From: an uncultured Candidatus Peribacteria bacterium
GTDB taxonomy: Bacteria; Patescibacteriota; Gracilibacteria; BD1-5; JAGOOR01
NCBI GenBank assembly: GCA_964448195.1
Contig: CAYUVP010000001.1
Coordinates: 12,430 to 42,255 of the forward strand
Length of the DNA: 29,826 bases
Direction of reading: 5' to 3'
In this document: positions 1-10,100 of the stretch, piece after piece
Numbering within the stretch: position 1 is the first letter of the stretch
Layout: every line of letters starts with the position of its first letter
The notes under the pieces: model-generated
What the model was told of the DNA's origin: nothing
What the model saw: only the letters and a program-made list of their open reading frames with translations
The model's database searches: none
Translations under genes and position numbers: made by a program

Positions 1-2
1 GA

Positions 3-95
3 CGAAAAGCATTTCAGAAACCAATGACCGAAGGTATTGAGCTGATTCAGGCTATACAGGATGTGTACTTGGATAAAAATATTACTATTGCATAA
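3..95 (+). CDS. fbaB: Class I fructose-bisphosphate aldolase, C-terminal fragment (gene begins upstream of window)
   Basis: Frame 3 reads [30 protein letters not shown] then TAA, matching the characteristic FbaB C-terminus. It lies in the same gene run as tpiA. Confidence 0.85.
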   Translation, partial: RKAFQKPMTEGIELIQAIQDVYLDKNITIA

Positions 96-98
96 ACC

Positions 99-611
99 AT
101 GACTCAGACTATACCCATAGAAGAGACTCTTGAAAACGCGATTCGTTTTCTCGTACCACGATTTCCTGATGCTCGCGAACTCATCAAGCCAACTGCATTC
201 CACTCAATTCGAGTAGGTACATATCTTTATGAAAATTGATATAGTGAAATTATTTGTCTTGCTTGACTCCTCCATGACATCCTCGAAGACACTGAAACGA
301 CAGAGCAAGAAATAGGAGAACTATTTGGAAAAGAAGTCCTTGAAATCGTCTTGGCAAATACAAAAAACATAAATATAACAGACAAAGATGTAAGAAGAGA
401 AGATTTAATAAAAAGGTGTTTATGAACTCAGGAGGCCCTTATTGTGAAATGTGCAGATATCATGGATAACTATAAATACAGAACACGTCACGGAAACATA
501 AAAGAGACCAAAGATGCACAAAATCTTGCAAGGATGATTAAAAATGATATACCTTCTTCATTTTCTGATAAGATTTTCTGAGAGTTTTTTACTCTTGTGC
601 TCGGTAATTAA
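99..611 (+). CDS. HD-domain protein, RelA/SpoT-hydrolase-like (small alarmone hydrolase/Mesh1-like), 170 aa
   Basis: Open with TGA=Gly from ATG 99 to TAA 611. Motifs FHSIRVG, AGLLHDILEDT and KCADIMDN. Confidence 0.8.
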
Positions 612-618
612 ATATTTT

Positions 619-1215
619 ATGATCCTTTTTATTTTCGACTTCGATAATACACTTGGCGATGCGTATGGCCCCTACGGTGAAGGAAATATATTTCGAACCA
701 AGACGCTTGTTGATACAGAAAAGGCAACAGAAATTTATGCAAAATATCGCAGGTGATCTGATGATATTCTCGTCTATGAGAGACTCTTAAAAGAGCTAGA
801 AATACATCATCCAGAACAGTTTTTCATTAATGCTGGTATGCCGAATCAGCTCTTTCCAGATGTTATCCCTTTTCTAACAAAACTTCAGAGTACACCAAAT
901 GTAAAAACTGTGATACTCACTGCTGGTGATGAACTTTTCCATGAAATGAAAGTACGAATCACAGGAGCGGGTAAGCTCGTCAATCAAGTTGTTGTTACGC
1001 GCATTCGCAATAAGATAGAAATTATCCGGCGAATTATAGCCCACTATGGACCAGAAAGTACAATATTTATCGATGACCGTATTCATATGACTCCTGCAGA
1101 TTTTGACACGCCTATAACCATCTATGATATGGATCGTGCTCATACAAAAGAATGAGAATTTGTGATTCATGAACTCAACGAACTTCCTCTCGAAAAACTC
1201 TTATGAACAAAATAA
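619..1215 (+). CDS. HAD-superfamily hydrolase/phosphatase, 198 aa
   Basis: N-terminal FDFDNTL (DxDxT motif I), ILTAG (motif II) and FIDDR (motif IV). Continuous through TGA 754-756, 1153-1155 and 1204-1206. Confidence 0.8.
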
Positions 1216-1853
1216 TCGCCCTCAACTGGAAAAATACACAAACAGTAGAAACTGCTTGAATTCTTATGAAAACGGTTGAAGATGTTGTGAATATCTATCC
1301 GGATTATACGTGGATAATTTTTCCTGGTGACGAATTCACGAGTATTATGAGAACAGAAATCCCTCTTGGTATTCAAAATATATCAGATAAAATAACCCTT
1401 CCCTATTGTCTTATCTGACACATGTCCCAGAGGATTAAAGGGGTAACAAATAAAAATATACAGGAGCAAATAGAGCCCCTCATTCCATCGTCAGTAATAC
1501 CTATTTTCTGTGTCGGCCCAATGAACGAAACAGATACGCTCGAATCAGTTTTTAGAGAACAGCTCGTAGTTTTGGAGAAATGGCCAAAAAATAAAGAAAT
1601 TATCATTGCTTATGAGCCATGATTTGCTATTTGAACAGGAAAAACTATAACACTTGAGGACATAGAAATCATCTATGATATACTCATAGAAACTCTTAAA
1701 GAGTTTAAGAATAAGAGTATTATATACTGAGGTAGTGTGAATGATACTAATATAGCAGAAATTATAGAGATTACTGATGGGGTCATCATCGGTACAGCCA
1801 GCCAAAAGTCCTCTACTCTCCTCACTCTCTCTCGAGCTCTATGACCAGAATAA
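1203..1853 (+). CDS. tpiA: Triosephosphate isomerase, divergent, 216 aa
   Basis: ALNWKN, IGH, AYEPGFAIGTG, IYGGSVN and DGVIIGTAS motifs, with several of the Gly encoded by TGA. Confidence 0.85.
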
Positions 1854-2083
1854 AACCACACACATGAGAACGCTATACTCACTATAAGAATAGTGAAAAA
1901 CAATATGAGATTGTTTGTGTGGCAAAAAACAAGGAAACTCTCGAAGATCTCATTGTCTATCGAGCTCTCTATCCTATTCTCGATTTAGGTGAAGAATTTG
2001 CAAAAGATCCTGTTTTTGTCCGTACAGTAGAGGATTTTATGGCTATTTTACCGGACGGAACAGAACGCTTCCAAAAGGTCTAA
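1841..2083 (+). CDS. DUF1653-family small protein, 80 aa
   Basis: YTHYKNSEKQYEIVCVAKNKETLEDLIVYRALY...VFVRTVEDF matches the DUF1653 pattern Y-x-H-Y-K...ET-x-E...VVY-x-ALY...VRP. Confidence 0.75.
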
Positions 2084-2088
2084 AAGAG

Positions 2089-2117
2089 TTGCAAATAGAC
2101 TCAAAATATGGCATTCT
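2089..2117 (+). promoter_or_regulatory. Sigma70-type promoter for nucleoside hydrolase, probably leaderless
   Basis: TTGCAA, 17 nt, CATTCT, then 6 nt to ATG 2124. Confidence 0.5.
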
Positions 2118-2123
2118 AGAGAC

Positions 2124-3071
2124 ATGAATACCAAAATACCTCATGTAATTATCGACTGCGATCCTGGCGCTGATGATTTTTTTGCACTTCTCTGGGCCCT
2201 CGGACTCCACAAAAAATGAATTATAAAGGTTCTTGCTCTCACGACTACTGGCGGAAATGTCTGAACCGAAATCACCTATCTCAATGCACTGCGTGCTTGT
2301 GAATTTATGAATATCATCGATGTACCCGTTGGAAAATCAGATACTATTGTGAAAAGTCCAGATGCGAGCCATATACATGGAAAAGATGGGCTCTGAAACG
2401 CCAGTAAATTTCTACCAAGAGTAAAGATACCAAAAATTTCCCTCTCCAGTGAAGCCTTGCTCGAAAAATTCATCACAAAAAAACCTGATGTTCAAATTCT
2501 CACATTTTGACCACTTTCCAATATAACAAAAGTTCTTGAGAAAGGTTTCAATCCATCAAGAATCATATGTATGGGTTGAGCTATTCATGTACCCGGAAAC
2601 GTCACACCTGTTGCAGAATTCAATATTTCCTACGATCCAGAATCAGCCGATCGCGTATTTGCAAGTGACATACTCACTATTCTCATGCCTCTCGATGTCA
2701 CAACACAGCTCATCTTCACACGTCACGAGATGCAAACTATTTTGAGAGGACTTACTGGGAAAAGAGCAAAATTCCTCGAGGCGTTAACGCTCCATACATT
2801 CAAAACCAATATGGCATTCCGAGAAACTGCTGGTACAGAAGGGTTTCTCGTCCATGATGCCTCAGTTGTCGCCATGCTCATCTATCCGAGCCTATTCTCT
2901 GGACAATTCCTCCCACTCCGTGTAGAAACAAAGGGTGAATTTACCCGAGGACAGACTGTCACTGATTTGCGAAATATCGCACAATCAGGTACACATACTT
3001 TCGTAGTTACCAAAGTTGACCGTGATAGATTTATGGAGTCAATGGTCCAAGATTTTCTTAGTTTTTTATAA
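2124..3071 (+). CDS. Inosine/uridine-preferring nucleoside hydrolase (IU-NH family), 315 aa
   Basis: DCDPGADD Ca-binding motif, HIHGKDGLG, GPLSN, MGGAIHVPGNVTPVAEFNISYDPESA, PLDVT and HDA. Confidence 0.93.
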
Positions 3072-3074
3072 AAT

Positions 3075-3770
3075 ATGTATCTAATAAACCTTATCGGCTG
3101 AAGTGGATCTGGAAAATGATATCTCGCGGAGAAAATCATTGAAGCTTTTTGAGCAGACAGAGTAGACACAATCCCTTATGACATGTATTACTATCCTGAT
3201 GCAGAATTTCCGAAGCATCTCTATATTGATTTCGAAGGGAAAAAATTTAAAAATTTTGATACACCAGAGGCTCTAGAAACAGAACTACTTATCAAACATA
3301 TAGAACAACTCAAAAATGGTCACGAGGTGCAAATACCAGAGTATGATTTTGGCAACAACCCCACTGGTAAATCTCAGAGAAAAACAGGACGAATTGTTAA
3401 ACCAAAAGATTTTATTATTCTCGATGGACTCTTCTGACTCTGCCATCCTCAACTCAGAGAGCTCACCGATGTAAGCATTTTTATTGAACTCTCCGCAGTC
3501 AATCGTATGGCCCGCCGTATGATTCGTGATTGGGGTCGTGGACAAGCTCGGAGCGATATGGGAGAGCCTGGCATGGCTGATGATATTCTCTTTTATGTAA
3601 CATTTGTACAGGCTGGTTACGCTAAATATGTGGAGAGTTATAAACAATATGCAGACCTCGTAGTAGATAATAATGAATGGATTCATGAGTGAGTAGAACC
3701 AAAAATGATAGATATAGTGATTAATTACCTGCGGGGTAAGTTTGATTTTCAGAAAAATTCGATAGTATAG
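3075..3770 (+). CDS. udk: Uridine/cytidine kinase family protein, 231 aa
   Basis: P-loop [33 protein letters not shown] and RRMIRD. Ends TAG 3768-3770. Confidence 0.85.
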
Positions 3771-3775
3771 GGTCC

Positions 3776-4858
3776 ATGAAGTTTGACCTCCAAAATCTCG
3801 TTGAAGAAAGTAAAAATCTCGAAGCACTCCTCGCTGATGGGAGTATTTTTAGTGACCAAAAGAAGGTAAAAGAAATAATGATTCGAAAAAAACATATTGA
3901 TCCAATTGTGAAGCTTTATCTCATCTATGAGAAAACGTCACACGATTTCGAAGAAGGAAAAAGAATTCTGGAAAATGAATCTGACGAAGAGCTTCGTGAA
4001 ATGGCAAAAATGGAAATATCTTCACTTGAAGCAAAAATTCCAGAACTAGAAGAAAAAATAAAAATAGCTCTTATACCTCCAAACCCTAATGACGACAAAA
4101 ATGTCATGATTGAAGTACGTGCTGGCGCTGGTGGAGATGAAGCTGGCCTCTTCTGAGCAGAGTTAGTCGAATGTTACCGTCTCTATTCAGCACAAAACAA
4201 ATTTCAAGTAGAAACTATGTCAGAGTCAAGAAATGACGCTGGGTGAATCAAAGAAGTAATATTGAAAATATCTGGAGAAAAGGCATATTCAAAATTCAAA
4301 TTCGAAGGAGGCACTCATAGAGTGCAGAGAATACCTGAAACTGAAAATAAAGGAAGGGTCCACACTAGTACAGTAACCGTCGCAGTACTTCCTGAAGTTG
4401 ACGAATTAGATATACAAATTCGTGATGAAGATTTAGAATTGACGTATTGTCGTGCTGGCTGAGCTGGATGACAACATGTTAATAAAGTAGAGTCAGCTGT
4501 ACGTATGGTACACATACCAACTGGAATAGTTGTAGAATGTCAGGATGAAAGATCTCAAGTAAAAAATAGAGAAAAGGCTCTTTCAGTTATGCGTGCAAGG
4601 GTCTATGCATTTGAAGAAGAAAAGAGAAATAAAGCTCTTGGAGAAGCCAGACTTGCACAAGTTGGTACAGGGGATAGGAGTGAAAAAATCCGTACTTACA
4701 ATTTCCCGCAAGATCGTGTCACAGATCACCGCATCGGAGAAAATTTCTCAAATCTTCCCTCTATCATGCTCGGCAACATAGGGGATATAGTTGTAAGCCT
4801 AGAAACACACGAACAAACCCAGAAAATAGCACAAGCATCAGGTGTTGATATTGCTTAG
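3776..4858 (+). CDS. prfA: Peptide chain release factor 1, 360 aa
   Basis: [24 protein letters not shown] (RF1 PxT motif), GRVHTS, GAGGQHVNK and [20 protein letters not shown]. Four internal TGA sit at Gly-compatible positions. Confidence 0.97.
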
Positions 4859-4884
4859 TTTTCTATAAATTATATAATCTTTAT

Positions 4885-5331
4885 ATGTTTGAATTCCTCA
4901 AAAAACCAATTCAGCCAATCTGAGAAACAGAATCGTCTCATCGAGACATCCCGATAGAATCAACTGAGGACCCTCATGGTGAGGACGTCGGGCAGATTGC
5001 TGTTGATATACTAGAAATACACGAATGATACCTCATCATAGCCCCTCTTGCCGGAGTACCGAGAAGTGATGTCGATGTAACCATTTCGCGGAATGTTTTG
5101 ACCATATCAGGTAATCGACCTGAACCAGAAGTCTACAGTGAAGCTTTTAAGATACCAGTAAAAGAATGTTTCTACGGTCCATTTTCTCGCTCAATTATCC
5201 TTCCAGAGAACTTAGCCCTTGATACTATACGAGCAACGATTGAACGAGGAATGCTAATAGTTACTATCCCCTACCTCATCGTCGATGCCCGCACAGTAAA
5301 AGTAGAACACATAGAAGATGGCGAAGAATAA
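4885..5331 (+). CDS. Hsp20/alpha-crystallin small heat-shock protein, 148 aa
   Basis: AVDILE...IIAPLAGV...VDVTISRNVLTISGNR...ECFYGPFSRSIILP...IRATIERGMLIVTIP. Confidence 0.88.
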
Positions 5332-5342
5332 TATTTATTACT

Positions 5343-5513
5343 ATGTTTTTTAATAGAAAATCAAAAGAAAAAATAAAAAAAATGGATATCTTGATCACAA
5401 GCATCGTGCTCAGTACTATTATTGCTTGAGCTTTTTGACTCAAGAGTAAAAAAGACGATCAGACAAAAGAACCTTTTTGGAAAAAAATAGTCAAAATATT
5501 TTTATGAAAATAA
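5343..5513 (+). CDS. Small single-pass membrane protein, 56 aa, hypothetical
   Basis: MFFNRKSKEKIKKMDILITSIVLSTIIAGAFGLKSKKDDQTKEPFWKKIVKIFLGK fills the gap between neighbours and has one hydrophobic helix. It is open only with TGA=Gly. Confidence 0.55.
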
Positions 5514-6178
5514 AATATATATTTATTGTTTTAGCTCTTCTATTCTCTGCCTTTTGTTTTTCTGAAAGTGGAAAATGTACCTATTTAGAAAGCAATAATG
5601 GCTTTATTAATACGCCCAAGAATTCATTTGGTTATTATTATAATATTCAGCTTTGCAAGGAATTTGAGCCCATCACTGAAGATGCAGTAAAGTATGTGCA
5701 ATCTATAAAACAGACTAAAGGAAAAAATATACGTGAGGTAGTGACGGAAATAGGCAACACTCTCTGTCGTTGATCATTTGGTGAGTGCGGAGAGAAGGCA
5801 TTTTATGATAGATATATGGCTGCCTGTGAAACTGCCCGAGAAAATGCCAAAGAAGATCTAGCAAAGTATAAAAAAATAGATAAAAAGGCTCTTACTATTC
5901 CTGAAAATGATGAAATATACGCCATGAGTTTCACAAAATGTGAGCCTCTTGCAAATTCCTTGTTGGAAGTTTTTAAAGATGTAGCAGGGCAAGAAGCGGC
6001 AAAATACCATGATAAAATAATAGAATCATCTAGTGGTAAATATCTCAAACCGTCATACGAGCTCATGCAGAAGCTCAGCAATACAATGGGGACTATCATT
6101 AAAAAAATTGGATCCACAGCTCGCTCATTTGAATGATTTATTAGAAATGTTTACAATACCTGATTTACTACAAATTAA
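5504..6178 (+). CDS. Secreted cysteine-containing hypothetical protein, 224 aa
   Basis: Signal-peptide-like N-terminus MKIKYIFIVLALLFSAFCFS and six further Cys. The stop TAA overlaps the rsmA ATG (TAATG). Confidence 0.7.
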
Positions 6179-7026
6179 TGACTGCGCAAAAAGTAGAAGC
6201 AAAAAAACATTTGTGACAAAATTTCCTCAGAAACACTGATATTTTAAGAAAAATAGTATGAGAATCTTCATTGTTATGACTTCATGTCGTAGAGGTAGGG
6301 CCTGGTCCTTGAGATCTAACAGCAGAAATTCTCAATAAAAATCCTGACTCTCTTTCTGTGATTGAAATTGATAGCGACATGATACCTCTCCTTCAAGAAC
6401 GCTTTAGTAAAGATCAAATTGAACTCTATTGGTCTGATGTTCTCAAAATCAATATTTCCAAAGGAAATACTTCCTCAAATAAAAAGAATACTTTTTTTCA
6501 AGTTCATAAAGAAATAAAGGAGATAATAATACCGGAGTATGAATTATACGGAAACATACCTTATTACATCACCTCTCCAATTATTTATCATTTTTTCTAT
6601 ACGGTTAATTTTCCCCCAAATAAAGCAACTTTTACTATGCAAAAAGAAGTGGCGGAAAGAATACTTGCACGAGACGAAAAACATTCTGTTCTTTCTGTGA
6701 GCTGTCAGCTCGTAGCTGATGTGGAGAAAGTTTGCGATATCAACCCTCAGTCCTTCTATCCTGTACCAAAAGTGTGGTCTAGTTGCCTCAGATTTACCCT
6801 AAAAAAAGATGTCTCAATACAGGATTCACGGGAAATTATAAAAATAGTAAAACAAGGTTTCTCTCAAAAACGTAAGAAACTTATGTGAAATCTCTCACAA
6901 ATATACAGTAAAGAAAAACTTATGCAGATTTTTCATAATATACGTATAAGCCCTGATGCACGCGCTGAAGATCTAAAAATAGACAACTGGAAAGAGCTTT
7001 ATACTCAATTGGGGCATTGCGAATAA
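6178..7026 (+). CDS. rsmA: 16S rRNA m6,2A1518/1519 dimethyltransferase, 282 aa
   Basis: KKHLGQNFL, EVGPGPGDLT, IEID, GNIPYYIT, MQKEVAERI, FYPVPKVWS, FSQKRKKL and RAEDL. Confidence 0.95.
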
Positions 7027-7049
7027 TAATAGGCACTCTCTTCTTGGTT

Positions 7050-8465
7050 TTAGACTCAGAGTTTTTCTCGAAGTGAATAAATATCATTCGAGAGTCTTTG
7101 ATCTTTTTTCATAAGTATTTCAAGTTTTTTGCAAGAATACATAACTGCTGAATGCTCTCGACCATTAAATATATTGCCAATTCTCTCGTAAGTATACCTG
7201 AGTTTATTCTTGAGGAGATACATAGCAACTTGTCTCGGTATCCTGAGATCTCGGCCACGATTTGCTCAGAGTAATGCTTCGACCTCTATGCCAAAGTATT
7301 CACTAACTCAATTGAGAACCTCCTGATAAGAAACCGATCGAAGTATATTTTTTACACTTCCCTCTTTTTGTCCTATGTGAGAATGTTTGATGCCAAGACG
7401 TGTAAGCCTAGAAGATATTGATTCAATAGTTGGCATGCAACCATCGAGCTCATATTCTGCAATCATTTGATTAAGAATACCTTCTATCTCACGAACATTT
7501 CTTCCCATGTTATACGATATATATTCTGCTACTTCTTGTGGTATTATGAATTCTCTTTCTCTCGCTTTTTGTTGAATAATAGCAAGTCGGGTCTCAAAAT
7601 CAGGAGCATCAATATCAACCATGATTCCACAATCAATCCGACTCACTAGACGAGGCTCTATTTCTACAAGTTCTTTTGGAGGACGATCAGAGCTGAGAAA
7701 TATCTGTTTCCCTGCGTCATAGAGAATATTAAAGAGTGTGTACATTTCCTCTTGTGTGCTCTTTTTTCCTGCCAAGAATTGTATATCATCAACTAACAAC
7801 ACATCTATTGTTCTAAAACGAGCACGCATCTGGTCTATCTTTCTATCCTTTACTGCATTGACATACTCTGATACAAATTGATCAGAGGTAATATAGACAA
7901 CTTTTTTTTCTGGGAATTTCTTTTTAATCTCTAAGGCAGTTCATTGGAGAAGATGAGTCTTACCAAGGCCCACTTCAGAATAGAGGAAACACGGATTATA
8001 ATTTACTCCTGGCTTACGAATAACAGCATCGCAAGCAGAATAAGCAAGTTGATTGCTTGGTCATACTACAAAATGCTTCAAATCAAAACGAGAAGAAAAG
8101 CTCTCCTTTCATGCATATTTCTCGACAGGTTGGCTTTCTTTTTCTTTTTGATTTGCTCGAAAAGTTTTACGACAATCAATTACCTGTGTATATGACACAT
8201 TTTCAATTTGAGCATCGACTATGATGTCTACTTTTTTAATGTTAGGCCCCCATATTTCCTGAGCTGTAGAATTAAGAATATCACCGAAACGAAAACTCAT
8301 GTTATCTCGTATAAATGATGAAATAACACCAATCACAATGATGTCTGTTGATTGTGATACCAGACTAATTTTCTGAAAATAAGTCAGGAAATCTTGTTTT
8401 CTCATACGTTCCCCGAGGAGTTGAGAAAACTTCTGAAGTTGAGCAATGTCGGAGAGCGTTGTCAT
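7050..8465 (-). CDS. dnaA: Chromosomal replication initiator DnaA, 471 aa
   Basis: [59 protein letters not shown] and PRQVAMYL. True stop TAA at 7052-7050. Confidence 0.96.
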
Positions 8466-8473
8466 ATGTACCC

Positions 8474-8501
8474 ATTATCATATTGCCACTTTTAAAGTCA
8501 A
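8474..8501 (-). promoter_or_regulatory. Sigma70-type promoter for dnaA
   Basis: Minus strand TTGACT, 16 nt, GATAAT, then 8 nt to ATG 8465. Confidence 0.5.
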
Positions 8502-8713
8502 AGAAAAAAAGACTTGATTTTCATTAAGTGAGTTTTTCTCTTTTGCTAAGAGGTTAATAGAAAATTGACTTAATAATATATAAATCAAAATATTGTATTC
8601 TGTATAAATATAGTAATTAACAATATATCAAAAAACTAGCTTTTTCACGCTACTGAACACAAATTGTATACTAAAGACTTAAAACAAAAATATATCATTT
8701 TGTTTTGATGTTT

Positions 8714-9418
8714 TTAATGAGCGTGATGATCATCGTGATGTTCCTCTGAATCATGTGAAGTAGGAGTTAATTCAGGCTGTACGTCAAATGTTTTCTTTCA
8801 GAATATTTGATTACCTTTGGCATAAACAATTCCTCCGAATAATACTATACGGCTAATCCAGTGAGAAAAAAGAATCTTGTAAAAACCAAGAAGAAATCAA
8901 AAGAGTAAAATAAAATAAGATTTATCTGTCACCCAACCATAAATAATTGAATTTTTTATATAAGGGAGGTTGTCAGTAAATCATTTCAATATAACTGTTT
9001 GTCATAAGATGCCATCTACAGCAAAAAGTAGTCTAAATAGTACAATTCCAAAGATCACAAAAAATGCAGAAAGAATAAGTACTTTAACAAAAAACCACAA
9101 TGTATCTCTTACAACTCACGCCACATTCAAACCAAGGGTCATAGGAGTCACAAAGAAGAGCATAATGGTTAATGACTTTGAGACCCAAAGAAGGATATCT
9201 CTATGGTCGACTATCCAATTTCCGAAAAATACATTTCGAGTTAGATCTGGTGCAACAAGTGTCATCTGATATATAAAAAGATAACAACCTAGAGCCAACA
9301 AAGCTCCAAATAATCATTCATAAACTTTATGAGGACCAACAAGAAAAAAAATAATTAAACAAATAATATATAGTATAATAAACAAACCATCGGCAGAGGT
9401 GGTAATACTATCAAACAT
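8714..9418 (-). CDS. Polytopic membrane protein (about 6 TM) with His/acidic C-terminal tail, 234 aa; weak CvpA-like resemblance
   Basis: Open frame with TGA=Gly from ATG 9418 to TAA 8714. Several long hydrophobic segments. Ends HDSEEHHDDHHAH. Confidence 0.75.
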
Positions 9419-9423
9419 AAATA

Positions 9424-9999
9424 CTAGAGTGTATTAGGAACAGTACCGCGAAGACTAAAAAAATGAAAAGCAAGAACTACGCAAGCGCATAAAAGTACAA
9501 AGACTCCTATCATAAGTACCGTTGAAATGAGTTTTTCCTTCTGATATTTTCCCTCTATATCATTTTTAGTTTGGACGAGTATATCCATGTCATGAAGTCG
9601 GCTCGAATTAGCTTCCTCTAGAGCAATCATTGCTTTTTTGTGTTCCAATCTTGGGACAGTATTTGTCATTTCTGATTCCAATCTTCCGAGCTTGAATGTG
9701 AGCTCCTGAATAAGCTGATCTTTATCTCGAATAACAGTTTCGAGCATTCGTAATATCTCATTTTGCGCTTCACGTGGATCGTAACCAATACTTGGAACGA
9801 CTGTCGGTTTTGGTGCGAGAACTTCGTAGTCCGTCTGAACCCCTCCTCACTTTACCTGTGATACATCTTCCTTATGAAGCATGATTACTTTACCTTCACG
9901 TTTAGTACGAATTTTACCAGAATGAATATATCTATCAACAGTACGAGTTGAGACACCTAGCATCTTAGATGCATCGTCGCGAGTGAGTGTAAAGACCAT
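9424..9999 (-). CDS. HTH (excisionase/MerR-like) plus coiled-coil plus C-terminal TM protein, 191 aa
   Basis: N-term MVFTLTRDDASKMLGVSTRTVDRYIHSGKIRTKREGK (HTH_17-like), heptad-rich middle, hydrophobic tail LISTVLMIGVFVLLCACVVLAFHFF. Confidence 0.82.
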
Positions 10000-10100
10000 A
10001 ATAAATCTAAAAATATGAGTATGATTCTACCGGGTGGTTTTTCTTTGCAAGTGAAAAAACTTGCAAAATACAGAAGGTCACTGGAGTATGTCTTCACAAT

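Noticed and set aside
1309-1317. Near DnaA-box matches CGTGGATAA (1309-1317) and TTATCCACG (17385-17393)
   Set aside because: They are isolated, one-mismatch, inside coding sequence and far from dnaA.
3285-3827. Long antisense or alternate-frame ORFs in the track (e.g. 3285-3827, 11014-11607, 18102-18569, 20106-20576, 26485-26961, 28518-28964)
   Set aside because: They lie wholly over well-supported genes, show no recognisable motifs, and are expected shadow ORFs.
8681-8706. AT-rich inverted repeat AAAACAAAA...TTTTGTTTT as a terminator or origin element
   Set aside because: The stem is almost all A/T and is likely by chance in this composition, so it is too weak to call.
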